NCBI GenBank assembly: GCA_964016885.1 | Contig: OZ024761.1 | Coordinates: forward strand, 7,254,001 to 7,318,000 | Length of the DNA: 64,000 nucleotides | Origin: Eledone cirrhosa | Taxonomy: Eukaryota | Reading direction: 5' to 3' | Shown: in pieces, positions 13,375 to 25,295 of the stretch | Layout of the letters: each line of letters starts with the position of its first letter | Numbering within the stretch: the stretch's first letter is position 1 | Translations under genes and position numbers: made by a program | Notes under the pieces: generated by a model | The model's database searches: none | Told to the model about the DNA's origin: nothing | What the model saw: the letters and a program-made list of their open reading frames with translations, nothing else

Positions 13375-13636
13375 TTAGTCTTAGTCTTAGTTCCTCCAGT
13401 CCCTTGTGGAACATTGGGCGACCAGCTTCCTCCACTTGATCCTGTCACTGGCGGCCCTTCTAACACCTCTCCAGGTAATTCCCATCTCCCGCAGGTCCTC
13501 CCTGAATGTGCTCCGCCATGTTTTTCATGGTCTTTCCCGTTCTCTCCTGCCACCTTCTGGTACCCAATCCATGGCAATATGAGCAGGTCGATCAGCCGGC
13601 AAACGAAGGATGTGGCCCGCGAACCGCCGTCTCCTT
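13375..13636 (-). mobile_element. RTE-like LINE 3' end with (CTAAGA)n tail
   Basis: RRRRFAGHILRLPADRPAHIAMDWVPEGGRRERERP; tail aactaagactaagactaaga. Confidence 0.85.
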
Positions 13637-14050
13637 ACTAACTGTACGACTGTCTCACACTCCACTAATTCTACCACTGTCTCACACTCCACTAACTGTA
13701 CCACTGTCTCACACTCCACTAACTCTACCACTGTCTCACACTCCACTAACTGTACCACTGTCTCACACTCCACTAACTGTACCACTGTCTCACACTCCAC
13801 TAACTCTACCAGTCTCTCACTCCACTAACTGTACCACTGTCTCACACTCCACTAACTGTACCACTGTCTCACACTCCACTAACTCAACCACTGTCTCACA
13901 CTCCACTAACTGTACCACTGTCTCACACTCCACTAACTGTACCACTGTCTCACACTCCACTAACTGTACCACTGTCTCACACTCCACTAACTCTACCACT
14001 ATCTCACTCCACTAACTCTACCACTGTCTCACACTCCACTAATTCTACCA
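13637..14050. repeat. 27-bp minisatellite near the exon 6 donor
   Basis: Unit actaactgtaccactgtctcacactcc. Confidence 0.95.
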
Positions 14051-14089
14051 GACTAACCAGTGCTATAGTCATGATGAGGTTTTACTAAC

Positions 14090-14181
14090 CAATTCGAAGA
14101 TCAAGTTCCATCCTCGCATCAACAGCTTTAGAAGTATTTTCATCGGGAGGGACGAGATTTTGGCAGGCTCGGTTCACAGCC
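14090..14181 (-). CDS. TOP3A: TOP3A coding exon 6
   Basis: tgtcAG|AVNRACQNLVPPDENTSKAVDARMELDLRI(G)|GTTAGT; 92 nt. Confidence 0.95.
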
Positions 14182-14335
14182 CTGACAAAGAAAAACAAAC
14201 AAAATAGAAAAAAGAATTAGAAAAGAAACTATTTGTATGAATGGCTGATATCATCATCATCAATATCATCATTTAACCCTTTAACAAACCAACCGTATCT
14301 GGCCACTCATACTGATGTTAAGGTATTGTTCTCAT

Positions 14336-14526
14336 AATAAATAATTGTTTCTACTTTTGGCACAAGGCCAGCAATTACCCAGTGCATTACTGGTACTTTA
14401 TTTTATCGACCCCGTAAAGATGAAAGGCAAAGTTAACCTCGGCGAGATTTGAATTAAGAATGGAAAGGGCCGTAACTCTAAGCGTCAAAGCATGGTGTCC
14501 GACTCTCTACCGATACTGCCAATCCA
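14336..14526 (-). mobile_element. SINE family A
   Basis: Full-length match to 60400-60585. Confidence 0.85.
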
Positions 14527-14741
14527 TAACCCTTAGGCATTTAAACCGGCTGTATCCAGCCAGAATTCTCTCACCTCTTTCTGCTCAAACCGGCCATATC
14601 TGGCCACTCATACTGATGTTAAGGTATTGTTCTCAAAAGAAATAATATCCAAATCTCATAGCTTCGATATTATGTGAAATAAAGTGTTTACCATGATAAT
14701 ACAATGGTAAATATAGAGTAATGTAAATGCTAAAGGGTTAA
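14527..14741 (+). mobile_element. ~215-bp piggyBac-type MITE (unexpanded copy)
   Basis: TIRs taacccttaggcattta ... taaatgctaaagggttaa; CCC/GGG ends next to (T)TAA. Confidence 0.75.
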
Positions 14742-15079
14742 TGTGAGTTTTACTTGTTGTGCAGGATTGGCTGGGTTGTCACAGTGCCAATACTTAACTA
14801 CTGACATCACAGACAGGCCGGAGTGGAGGAGGCCTTCAGCTCCTGTCCCCGCACTCTACAAAGTACACAGCATGTATCTATCTCTCTCTCACTCTCTCTC
14901 TATATATATATATATATATATCATCACCATTTAACGCCCATTTTTCCACGCTAGCATGGGTTACATGAGTTGTCCGGTTGTGAGACAAGCCAGATCAGCT
15001 GACTATGTCTTGCTCATATATATATATATACAAGAAGTGTAAGTCAACAGGTTAAAATTAACTTCATTTATTCATATTC

Positions 15080-15138
15080 GCTGTTATATATATTTCAGTG
15101 ATAACCATTATACAACAGCTATGACCTCATCAGACAGC
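15080..15138 (-). ncRNA. Minimal type-I hammerhead ribozyme motif
   Basis: gctgt-CTGATGA-ggtcatagc...ggttatcact-GAAA-TATATA-TA-acagc. Confidence 0.75.
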
Positions 15139-15265
15139 TAGAACATGAACAGTAGAAAACAGAAGAACATAACGATAGAATAAAGCTTACTTCTGTTATT
15201 TCAATTTTTTTATATGCTCAGTGCTGAAGTTTGGTGTTGTTTTCTCAAAGCACTGGTCGCATATA

Positions 15266-15300
<35 letters not shown>

Positions 15301-15539
15301 GTAATAATATTAAAATTGAAGATATTTTGAAATATCCAGTTCTGCGTTTACAGATTGACTTTGTTAGTTTCAGAAGATCCCGTTAAGGGTGAAAGCAGCG
15401 ATTCTTTTCTTAAACATTAATCTGTTATTTTAATAAATATATATATATATATATATATATCATGATTATCATCACCATTTTATCATGCTAGAATAGATTG
15501 GACAGGTCCTTTCCAGCACAATAACTCTCCATAAATCTC

Positions 15540-15910
15540 AATCCATTGTCAAACAAGTTCAGCTCCAACAACCTCTGTCCAGATCTTCCTTGGTCTCCTT
15601 TCCAGAGATTTCTTGGCATTTCTTCACCCAGCTCTCATCATCCATACGCATCACATGGCTGTACCAGTGCAGTCTTTTCTCCTGCACAATACATCTGATT
15701 CTCCTTATACCAAGTTTCTCTCTCGATGATCTATGCATTGCATATCCAACAAAGCATGCTTCCTTCATTTCTCTCCATCCTTCACATATCTTCCATGATC
15801 ACTGCCCATGTCTCACCACCATGCAACATCACACTTCGACGATGAGCATCATACAGCCAAGCCAACCTTTCTTTTGTAGAGGCGAATATTTTGCTGTTAA
15901 CAGAGGTAGG
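15540..15910 (-). mobile_element. RTE-like LINE fragment
   Basis: LYDAHRRSVMLHGGETWA; KLGIRRIRCIVQEKRLHWYSHVMRMDDESWVKKC. Confidence 0.85.
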
Positions 15911-15919
15911 TTTGTGTAT

Positions 15920-16602
15920 TTGGGGACTTACTGTGGCTGGCTTGCTAGATAAGAAAACACCCAAGTAGGGGGTATTTACTGTGGCTGGCTTGCTAGATAA
16001 GACACCTGAGTGGGGTACTTACTGTGGCTGGTTTGCTAGATATGAAGACATCTGAGTGGGGGGTATTTACTGTGGCTGGCTTGCTAGATAAGAAGACATC
16101 TGAGTGGAGGGTATTTACTGTGGCTGGCTTGCTAGATAAGAAGACACCCAAGTGGGGGGTATTTACTGTGGCTGGCTTGCTAGATAAGAAGACACCCAAG
16201 TGGGGGGTATTTACTGTGGCTGGCTTGCTAGATAAGAAGACACCCAAGTGGGGGGTACTTACTGTGGCTGGCTTGCTAGATAAGAAGACACCCAAGTGGG
16301 GGGTACTTACTGTGGCTGGCTTGCTAGATAAGAAGACACCCAAGTGGGGGGTACTTACTGTGGCTGGCTTGCTAGATAAGAAGACACCCAAGTGGGGGGT
16401 ACTTACTGTGGCTGGCTTGCTAGATAAGAAGACACCCAAGTGGGGGGTACTTACTGTGGCTGGCTTGCTAGATAAGAAGACACCCAAGTGGGGGGTATTT
16501 ACTGTGGCTGGCTTGCAAGATAAGAAGACACCCAAGTGGGGGGTACTTACTGTGGCTGGCTTGCTAGATAAGAAGACACCCAAGTGGGGGGTACTTACTG
16601 TG
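15920..16602. repeat. 48-bp minisatellite whose unit contains the exon 5 donor site
   Basis: Sense unit ccaca|GTAAGTaccccccacttgggtgtcttcttatctagcaagccag, about 14 copies. Confidence 0.95.
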
Positions 16603-16650
16603 GAGTTATTTCAGAAAACTTGGCTCGGTAGATGTTTATATTAGCTTTCA
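16599..16650 (-). CDS. TOP3A: TOP3A coding exon 5
   Basis: tttacAG|VKANINIYRAKFSEITP(Q)|GTAAGT; 52 nt. Confidence 0.93.
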
Positions 16651-16688
16651 CTGTAAAAACAAAAACAACATTAACTATAACAATACAC

Positions 16689-16730
<42 letters not shown>

Positions 16731-16734
<4 letters not shown>

Positions 16735-17022
16735 GTATGGAATATTCATGGAATTTTCCTTAGAACCTAACTAATAATTGTTCGTGGAAACCACCGCATA
16801 TTCTCGGAATCGTAAATATCTTCCGCCATCTTTTTATGGCTTTTTTCATTCTTTTTAACACTAAATTATTAACAACAACAATAAACCGTATTTGCCGGCC
16901 TATATTTTACGTTGTTTTGACATTTATAGACATTTTTATGGACCACGTCCAATATTTGCAGTTTTTCACTCTTCACAGGTGCTCTAGGGACGTAACCCCT
17001 GTGAATACCAGGTGGCAACTGT
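16731..17022. mobile_element. Tigger/pogo-like MITE copy
   Basis: Homologous to 10703-11393; ends ...ggcaactg. Confidence 0.6.
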
Positions 17023-17025
17023 GTA

Positions 17026-17359
17026 TCATCATCATCATCATTTTACGTCCGCTTGTCCCTGCTTGCAAGGGTGGGACGGGAACTGATTCTGGCTTGATTT
17101 CTACAGCTGGATGCCCTTCCTAACACCAACCTCATTTACAGTGCTGGGTGTTTTTTTGCCATGGCACCTCCACCACCACTTTACAGTGGAATGATAGGGA
17201 CCCCAGTCCCTATCATCTCATTTCTACAGCTGAGTAAACTGGAGCAATGTGAAATAAAGTGTCTTGCTCAAGGAAACAACACATCACCCGGTCTGAGAAT
17301 TGAACTCACAACCTTTCGATTGCAAGGACAATACTCTAACCACTAAGCCATGTGCCTCC
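17026..17359 (-). mobile_element. tRNA-derived SINE (family B), full length
   Basis: Head tggcttagtgg (A-box) ... gagttcaattc (B-box), central ccttgagcaagacacttta domain, (GAT)n tail; near-identical copies at 21080-21408 and 59625-59968. Confidence 0.9.
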
Positions 17360-17485
17360 ATATATATATGTATACACAATGAAAGGGTATCTCAATAGGT
17401 ATACCAGGTCACTGAAAGTGTTAAAACACAGAGGACAGTGTACTTCACTGTAAAGGTTAATAAAGGTAGAAACACCCAAAATTAC

Positions 17486-17594
17486 CTGCCTGACATACTT
17501 CAATGATTTCAAAACCAATATTTTCACCTTCTCTGTCACAATCAGTCCAGATGATTAAAGACTGACATCTACGGATCTCTTCTTCCAGAGTTTT
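17486..17594 (-). CDS. TOP3A: TOP3A coding exon 4 (TOPRIM DxD motif)
   Basis: [36 protein letters not shown]; AG/GT bounded; 109 nt. Confidence 0.96.
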
Positions 17595-17649
17595 CTTAGA
17601 GATGAATAAAAAAGAAAATAAAGAAAATATTAACACCATCACCATTTGT

Positions 17650-17832
17650 ATTACCACTACTATTATCACCCCCACCACTACTATTATCACCCCAACCACT
17701 ACTATTATCACCCCCACCACTACTATTATCACCCTCACCACTACTATTATCACCCTCACCACTACTATTATCACCCTCACTACTACTATTATCACCCCCA
17801 CCACTACTATTATCACCCCCACCACTACTACC
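17650..17832. repeat. 21-bp minisatellite upstream of the exon 4 acceptor
   Basis: Unit accactactattatcaccc(c/t)c. Confidence 0.9.
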
Positions 17833-17867
17833 ACCAGCAGCAACAGCATGGACTGGACATGGTTGTA

Positions 17868-18152
17868 TAATAATTGTTTCTACTTTTAGCACAAGGCCAG
17901 CAATTACCCCAGTGCATTACTGGTACTGTATTTTATCGACCCAGTAAAGATGAAAGACAAAGTTATTGAACTCAGAACGTAAAGGGCCATAACTCTATGC
18001 TGCAAAGCATAGCCTCTGACGTTCTGCCAATCCACCGCCATTATCGTTAAATAATGTTAACTTTGCCTTTCATCCTTACGGGGTCGATAAAATAAAGTAC
18101 CAGTAATACACTGGAGTAATTGCTGGCCTTGTGCCAAAAGTAGAAACAGTTA
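17868..18152. mobile_element. Inverted pair of SINE-A copies
   Basis: Minus copy 17868-18035, partial plus copy 18055-18152. Confidence 0.75.
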
Positions 18153-18174
18153 TCGTTAAATAATAATGAACATT

Positions 18175-19050
18175 GGCACTTCTTCACCCAACAATCATCA
18201 TCCATACTTATCACATGTCCATACCAGTGCAGTCTTCTCTCCAGAACACTACATCTGTTTCCTCATATATCCAGCCACTCTCTCAGCTCATCTCTGCATT
18301 ACCTTTCACATATATTAACATTGCACATTCATTGAGGCATGCCTGTTTCATTTCTCTTCAGCCTTTGAATATCCTCTATGTTCACTGCTCATACCTCACC
18401 ACCATGTAACATCACACTTCGTACACACACAACATATAGCTGGTCTTTCCATCCTAGAGAGAAACCTTTTTCTGTCAACAGAGGTAGTAGCTTTCTGAAC
18501 TTTTTCCATCTATCCTTGTGTATCTGCCACATACAAAGTTTACCTTTTCTGTTAGACTTCCAAACTATACCACCACACCTTTTGTATACCTAAGATTTAC
18601 ATTGTGTCCATCGTATAGAGCAGGGGTCCCCAGCCCCCGGCGGGTTTCAATCTGGCCAGCGAAGGCCTTTATCCTGCTCGCGAGGGTTCTAAAAAGGGTA
18701 CAGTTTGCAATAAATTTGCACCTGATCTATCGATATTGCCGAATAAAACAATGTTTAAATGTATTTTTCTGCTTGGGACAGCTCTAAGTATCAATATTGA
18801 ACTTTGTTTCAAATCTAACATAAGGGATAAATAAACGATTACTTATTTGTATATAAGTAGTATTAATTGTGCGTCCGGCCCGCGGGGCCACCGCTGCATG
18901 GCTATCCGGCCCGCGATCCCAAAAGGTTGGGGACCCCTGGTATAGAGTTAGTACCTACTCCTTTTCTACATATTAAGCAGGGCCACTTTCCTGATGGGAT
19001 CAGGGTCCTGTTTTCTTTCTTGCTCATCAGAACTTTAGTTTTTCCTTAGT
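18175..19050 (-). mobile_element. RTE-like LINE fragment interrupted by a hAT MITE
   Basis: Reverse strand gives KTKVLMSKKENRTLIPSGKWPCLICRKGVG and later RT C-terminal motifs, as in 54495-55380. Confidence 0.75.
18621..18939. mobile_element. hAT-type MITE
   Basis: 12-bp TIR CAGGGGTCCCCA/TGGGGACCCCTG with a perfect 8-bp TSD GTATAGAG on both sides. Confidence 0.92.
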
Positions 19051-19084
19051 TTGCTCTCATGCTCATGCGTTCCATATTTCAGGT

Positions 19085-20830
19085 GCCCTTCCAAACATTA
19101 ACCACTTTACAGAGTGTACTGGGTGCATTTTATCATGGAGCCAGCATTACCACTTTACAGAGTATACTGGGTGTATTTTATCATGACACCAACACTACCA
19201 CAATACAGAGTATACTGGGTGTATTTTATCATGACACCAGCACTACCATTTTATAGTGTACTGGGTGCATTTTATCATGGCACCAGCACTACCACAATAC
19301 AGAGTATACTGGGCGTATTTTATCATGACACCAGCACGTACTGGGTGTATTTTATCATCGAACCAGAACTACAAGTTTACAGAATGTTCTGGGTGCATTT
19401 TATCATGGCACCATCACTACAACTTTACAGAGTATAATGGGTGTATTTTATCATGGCACCAGTACAACTTTACAGAGTGTACTGGATGTATTTTATCACG
19501 GAACTAGTACAACTTTACAGAGTATACTGGGTGCATTCTATCATGGAACTAGTACTGCCATTTTACAGTGTACTGGATGTATTTTATCATGGAACTAGTA
19601 CTGTCATTTTACAGTGTACTGGATGTATTTTATCATGGAACTAGTACTGCCATTTTACAGTGTACTGGATGTATTTTATCATGGAACTAGTACTGTCATT
19701 TTACAGTGTACTGGATGTATTTTATCATGGAACTAGTACTGCCATTTTACAGTGTACTGGATGTATTTTATCATGGAACTAGTACTGTCATTTTACAGTG
19801 TACTGGATGTATTTTATCATGGAACTAGTACTGTCATTTTACAGTGTACTGGATGTATTTTATCATGGAACTAGTACTGCCATTTTACAGTGTACTGGAT
19901 GTATTTTATCATGGAACTAGTACTGTCATTTTACAGTGTACTGGATGTATTTTATCATGGAACTAGTACTGCCATTTTACAGTGTACTGGATGTATTTTA
20001 TCATGGAACTAGTACTGCCATTTTACAGTGTACTGGATGTATTTTATCATGGAACTAGTACTGTCATTTTACAGTGTACTGGATGTATTTTATCATGGAA
20101 CTAGTACTGCCATTTTACAGTGTACTGGATGTATTTTATCATGGAACTAGTACTGTCATTTTACAGTGTACTGGATGTATTTTATCATGGAACTAGTACT
20201 GTCATTTTACAGTGTACTGGATGTATTTTATCATGGAACTAGTACTGCCATTTTACAGTGTACTGGATGTATTTTATCATAGAACTAGTACTGTCATTTT
20301 ACAGTGTACTGGATGTATTTTATCATGGAACTAGTACTGCCATTTTACAGTGTACTGGATGTATTTTATCATGGAACTAGTACTGCCATTTTACAGTGTA
20401 CTGGATGTATTTTATCATGGAACTAGTACTGTCATTTTACAGCGTACTGGATGTATTTTATCATGGAACTAGTACTGCCATTTTACAGTGTACTGGATGT
20501 ATTTTATCATGGAACTAGTACTGCCATTTTACAGTGTACTGGATGTATTTTATCATGGAACTAGTACTGTCATTTTACAGTGTACTGGATGTATTTTATC
20601 ATGGAACTAGTACTGCCATTTTACAGTGTACTGGATGTATTTTATCATGGAACTAGTACTGCCATTTTACAGTGTACTGGATGTATTTTATCATGGAACT
20701 AGTACTGTCATTTTACAGTGTACTGGATGTATTTTATCATGGAACTAGTACTGCCATTTTACAGTGTACTGGATGTATTTTATCATGGAACTAGTACTGC
20801 CATTTTACAGTGTACTGGATGTATTTTATC
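19085..20830. repeat. 46-bp minisatellite with degenerate 48-bp precursor units
   Basis: Unit ttttacagtgtactggatgtattttatcatggaactagtactg(c/t)ca from ~19540; diverged units at 19100-19540 grade into SINE-B tail sequence. Confidence 0.93.
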
Positions 20831-20931
20831 AGTCTACAACCATAGTGACCCACTCAACCCGTGACAGCTGGGAAAGTGGACATGAAATAAAAATAGTGAT
20901 GACATTAGTGGAAGAAAATAATACAAGGTAC

Positions 20932-21007
20932 CTTTATATTGAGAAAATCTGGTGGGCAATATTTCTGTATTTTAGCTTCAAATAAACTAATCGGGTTACA
21001 CATAGTC
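20932..21007 (-). CDS. TOP3A: TOP3A coding exon 3
   Basis: tttcAG|(W)TMCNPISLFEAKIQKYCPPDFLNIK|GTACC; 76 nt, phases match neighbours. Confidence 0.93.
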
Positions 21008-21079
21008 CTGAAAAAAACAACATCGGGAATGTTATTTCAAGTGAGAAACAAAGAAATGAATTGTTTCTACTTTTGCCAA

Positions 21080-21408
21080 ATCATTCATCATCATCATCAT
21101 CATTTCATTTTACGTCTGCTTTTCCCTGCTTGCAAGGGTGGGACGGGAACTGATTCTGGCTTGATTTCTACAGCTGGATGCCCTTCCTAACACCAACTTC
21201 ATTTACAGTGAGTGCTGGGTGCTTTTTTGCCGTGGCACCTCCACAACCACTTTGCAGTGGAATGATAGGGACCCCAGTCCCTATCATCTCATTTCTACAG
21301 CTGAGTAAACTGGAGCAATGTGAAATAAAGTGTCTTGCTCAAGGAAACAACACATCACCCGGTCTGAGAATTGAACTCACAACCTTTCGATTGCAAGGCC
21401 AATGCTTT
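21080..21408 (-). mobile_element. SINE family B (5'-truncated)
   Basis: Near-identical to 17026-17359. Confidence 0.88.
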
Positions 21409-21614
21409 AACATTACACATACAAACACAACTGTGACGAATCTTAGAACACTGGACTTCTATAGTTCCCCACCAGCACCCCTCCTCCCTCAGTCATCACA
21501 TAGATGTGTATGTAATAATCATTGTTTTCTAAGTGTGCCTGTTTACATATATGTATGAAACCTAAAGTCAGTAGGCATCTCTTAATCAAATATACACACA
21601 CACACACACACACC

Positions 21615-21963
21615 CTCCCACTACCCCAACTACCCCACCCTCATCAACACCACCCCTTTCTCTGTAAAGTTATGTTGGTACCACAACATCCAGTCCTAAA
21701 TAAATGAGGTTGTGTAGGTGTCAGGAGAAAAAACACAGACAGTCCACGCTGTAATGTGGCCGTGTAGGTAACACGGTAAAAACCTCCCAGTCCACACTGT
21801 AAACGTGGTTGGTGTTAGGAAGGGCATCCAACCGTAGAAAACCCGCCAGACAGTCCTATGCGAGCGAGACAACCAATCTTGCCTCAAGTGTGAAAATTCC
21901 CGTCCAAACCCATGCTAGCGTGGAAGATGGACATTAAACGATGATGATGATGATGATGATGAT
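21615..21963 (+). mobile_element. RTE LINE 3' UTR copy with (GAT)n tail
   Basis: Near-identical to 55435-55770. Confidence 0.85.
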
Positions 21964-22144
21964 GTAGATCCGTCTCGTGTGTGTTTGTAATTCTATTGTC
22001 TATGTATCTTTCTAAATAAACACACACACAAATATTGTATATAAATATAATTTACACAAACACACACATAATCATAACAGCCAATGTGTGTAGCCAATTC
22101 ACTATACATATACACACACAGATGTAGCGAATATTGGATGCTGC

Positions 22145-24790
22145 CACCCCTTCCTTCCTCAGTCGACGTCATCACCCCTTCCTTCCTCAGTCGACATAAT
22201 CACCCCTTCCTTCCTCAGTCGACGTCATCACCCCTTCCTTCTTCAGTCGACGTCATCACCCCTTCCTTCTTCAGTCGACGTCATCACCCCTTCCTTCTTC
22301 AGTCGACGTCATCACCCCTTCCTTCCTCAGTCGACATAATCACCCCTTCCTTCCTCAGTCGACGTCATCACCCCTTCCTTCTTCAGTGAACGTCATCACC
22401 CCTTCCTTCCACAGTCAACGTCATCTCCCCTTCCTTCCTCAGTCGATGTTATCACCCCTTCCTTCCTCAGTCGACGTCATCACACCTTCCTTCCTCAGTC
22501 GATGTTATCACCTCTTCCTTCCACAGTCAACGTCATCACCCCTTCCTTCCTCAGTCGACGTCATCACCCCCTTCCTTCCTCAGTCAACGTCATCACCCCT
22601 TCCTTCCTCAGTTGACGTCATCACCCCTTCCTTCCTCAGTCGACGTCATCACCCCTTCCTTCCTCAGTCGACATAATCACCCCTTCCTTCCTCAGTCGGC
22701 GTCATCACCCCCTCCTTCCTCAGTCGACGTCATCACCCCTTCCTTCTTCAGTCGACGTCATCACCCCTTCCTTCCTCAGTCGACATAATCACCCCTTCCT
22801 TCCTCAGTCGACGTCATCACCCCTTCCTTCCTCAGTCGACGTCATCACCCCTTCCTTCCTCAGTCGACGTCATCACCCCTTCCTTCTTCAGTGAACGTCA
22901 TCACCCCTTCCTTCCACAGTCAACGTCATCTCCCCTTCCTTCCACAGTCGACGTCATCACCCCTTCCTTCCTCAGTCGACGTCATCACCCCTTCCTTCCA
23001 CAGTCAACGTCATCTCCCCTTCCTTCCACAGTCGACGTCATCACCCCTTCCTTCCACAGTCGACGTCATCACCCCTTCCTTCCTCAGTCGACGTCATCAC
23101 CCCTTCCTTCCTCAGTCGACGTCATCACCCCTTCCTTCCTCAGTCGACGTCATCACCCCTTCCTTCCACAGTCAACGTCATCACCCCTTCCTTCCTCAGT
23201 CGACGTCATCACCCCTTCCTTCCTCAGTCGATGTTATCACCTCTTCCTTCCACAGTCAACGTCATCACCCCTGCCTTCCTCAGTCGACGTCATCACCCCT
23301 TCCTTCCTCAGTCGACGTCATCACCCCTTTCTTCCTCAGTCGACGTCATCACCCCTTCCTTCCTCAGTCGACGTCATCACCCCTTCCTTCCACAGTCAAC
23401 GTCATCACCCCTTCCTTCCTCAGTCGACGTCATCACCCCTTCCTTCCTCAGTCGATGTTATCACCCCTTCCTTCCTCAGTCGACGTCATCACCCCTTCCT
23501 TCCTCAGTCGACGTCATCACCCCTTCCTTCGTCAGTCGACGTCATCACCCCTTCCTTCCTCAGTCGACGTCATCACCCCTTCCTTCCTCAGTCGACGTCA
23601 TCACCCCTTCCTTCCTCAGTCAACGTCATCACCCCTTCCTTCCTCAGTCGACGTCATCACCCCTTCCTTCCTCAGTCGACGTCATCACCCCTTCCTTCTT
23701 CAGTGAACGTCATCACCCCTTCCTTCCTCAGTCGACGTCATCACCCCTTCCTTCCTCAGTCGACGTCATCACCCCTTCCTTCCTCAGTCGACGTCATCAC
23801 CCCTTCCTTCCTCAGTCGACGTCATCACCCCTTCCTTCCTCAGTCGACGTCATCACCCCTTCCTTCCTCAGTCAACGTCATCACCCCTTCCTTCCTCAGT
23901 CGACGTCATCACCCCTTCCTTCCTCAGTCGACGTCATCACCCCTTCCTTCCTCAGTCGACGTCATCACCCCTTCCTTCCTCAGTCGACGTCATCACCCCT
24001 TCCTTCCTCAGTCGACGTCATCACCCCTTCCTTCTTCAGTGAACGTCATCACCCCTTCCTTCCTCAGTCGACGTCATCACCCCTTCCTTCCTCAGTCGAC
24101 GTCATCACCCCTTCCTTCCTCAGTCGACGTCATCACCCCTTCCTTCCTCAGTCGACGTCATCACCCCTTCCTTCCTCAGTCGACGTCATCACCCCTTCCT
24201 TCCTCAGTCAACGTCATCACCCCTTCCTTCCTCAGTCGACGTCATCACCCCTTCCTTCCTCAGTCGACGTCATCACCCCTTCCTTCCTCAGTCGACGTCA
24301 TCACCCCTTCCTTCCTCAGTCGACGTCATCACCCCTTCCTTCCTCAGTCAACGTCATCACCCCTTCCTTCCTCAGTCGACGTCATCACCCCTTCCTTCCT
24401 CAGTCGATGTTATCACCCCTTCCTTCCTCAGTCGACGTCATCACCCCTTCCTTCCTCAGTCGACGTCATCACCCCTTCCTTCCTCAGTCGACGTCATCAC
24501 CCCTTCCTTCCTCAGTCGACGTCATCACCCCTTCCTTCCTCAGTCGACGTCATCACCCCTTCCTTCCTCAGTCGACGTCATCACCCCTTCCTTCCTCAGT
24601 CGATGTTATCACCCCTTCCTTCCTCAGTCGACGTCATCACCCCTTCCTTCCTCAGTCGACGTCATCACCCCTTCCTTCCTCAGTCGACGTCATCACCCCT
24701 TCCTTCTTCAGTGAACGTCATCACCCCTTCCTTCCACAGTCAACGTCATCTCCCCTTCCTTCCTCAGTCGATGTTATCACCCCTTCCTCA
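22145..24790. repeat. 28-bp CpG-containing minisatellite
   Basis: Unit gtcgacgtcatcaccccttccttcctca, about 94 copies. Confidence 0.97.
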
Positions 24791-24837
24791 ATCATCTCTA
24801 GTGTGCCGGACAAATACACAAGAGTATTATATATTAG

Positions 24838-25040
24838 TTGGTGGATTGTCAGCATCGGTAGAGTCGGACGCCATGCTTTGCAGCACAGAGTTACGGCCCT
24901 TTATGATCTGAGTCCAAATCCAGCTGAGGTTAACTTTGCCTTTCATCCTTACAGGGTCGATAAAATAAAGTACCAGTCACGCACTGGGGGCGATTTAATC
25001 AACTTTCCCTTCCCCAAATTGCTGGCCTTGTGCCTATATA
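24838..25040 (+). mobile_element. SINE family A
   Basis: Head, B-box-like gagtccaaatccc, conserved body. Confidence 0.85.
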
Positions 25041-25295
25041 ACAAACCATTATCTATTAGTCGATAATAAATGAGCAAAGTATACAATATTTTTTTTTTAA
25101 TTTAAAAATTTCTGACAATTTTTGTGGGGTGCATGGGCCCCTCTAGTAATATGCCTCTGATGGGGCCCACATAGGTAGCACCTCTTTTAGCAGGGAAAAT
25201 GACCTTAAACACTATAGTATAACAATTTTAAGCCTTTCATAATGGTTTCTGATTCAGGCACAAGACCAACAATTTTGAGGAAAAGAGAAAGTCAA

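Noticed and set aside
15365-15402. cagaaga-tccc-gttaa-gggt-gaaa hammerhead-like string on the plus strand
   Set aside because: Core mutated (CAGAAGA) and no clear stem I or cleavage triplet
17280-17359. tRNA gene-like sequence (also at 57705-57780 and 59890-59968)
   Set aside because: A/B boxes are present but continue into a SINE body and tail; these are SINE heads
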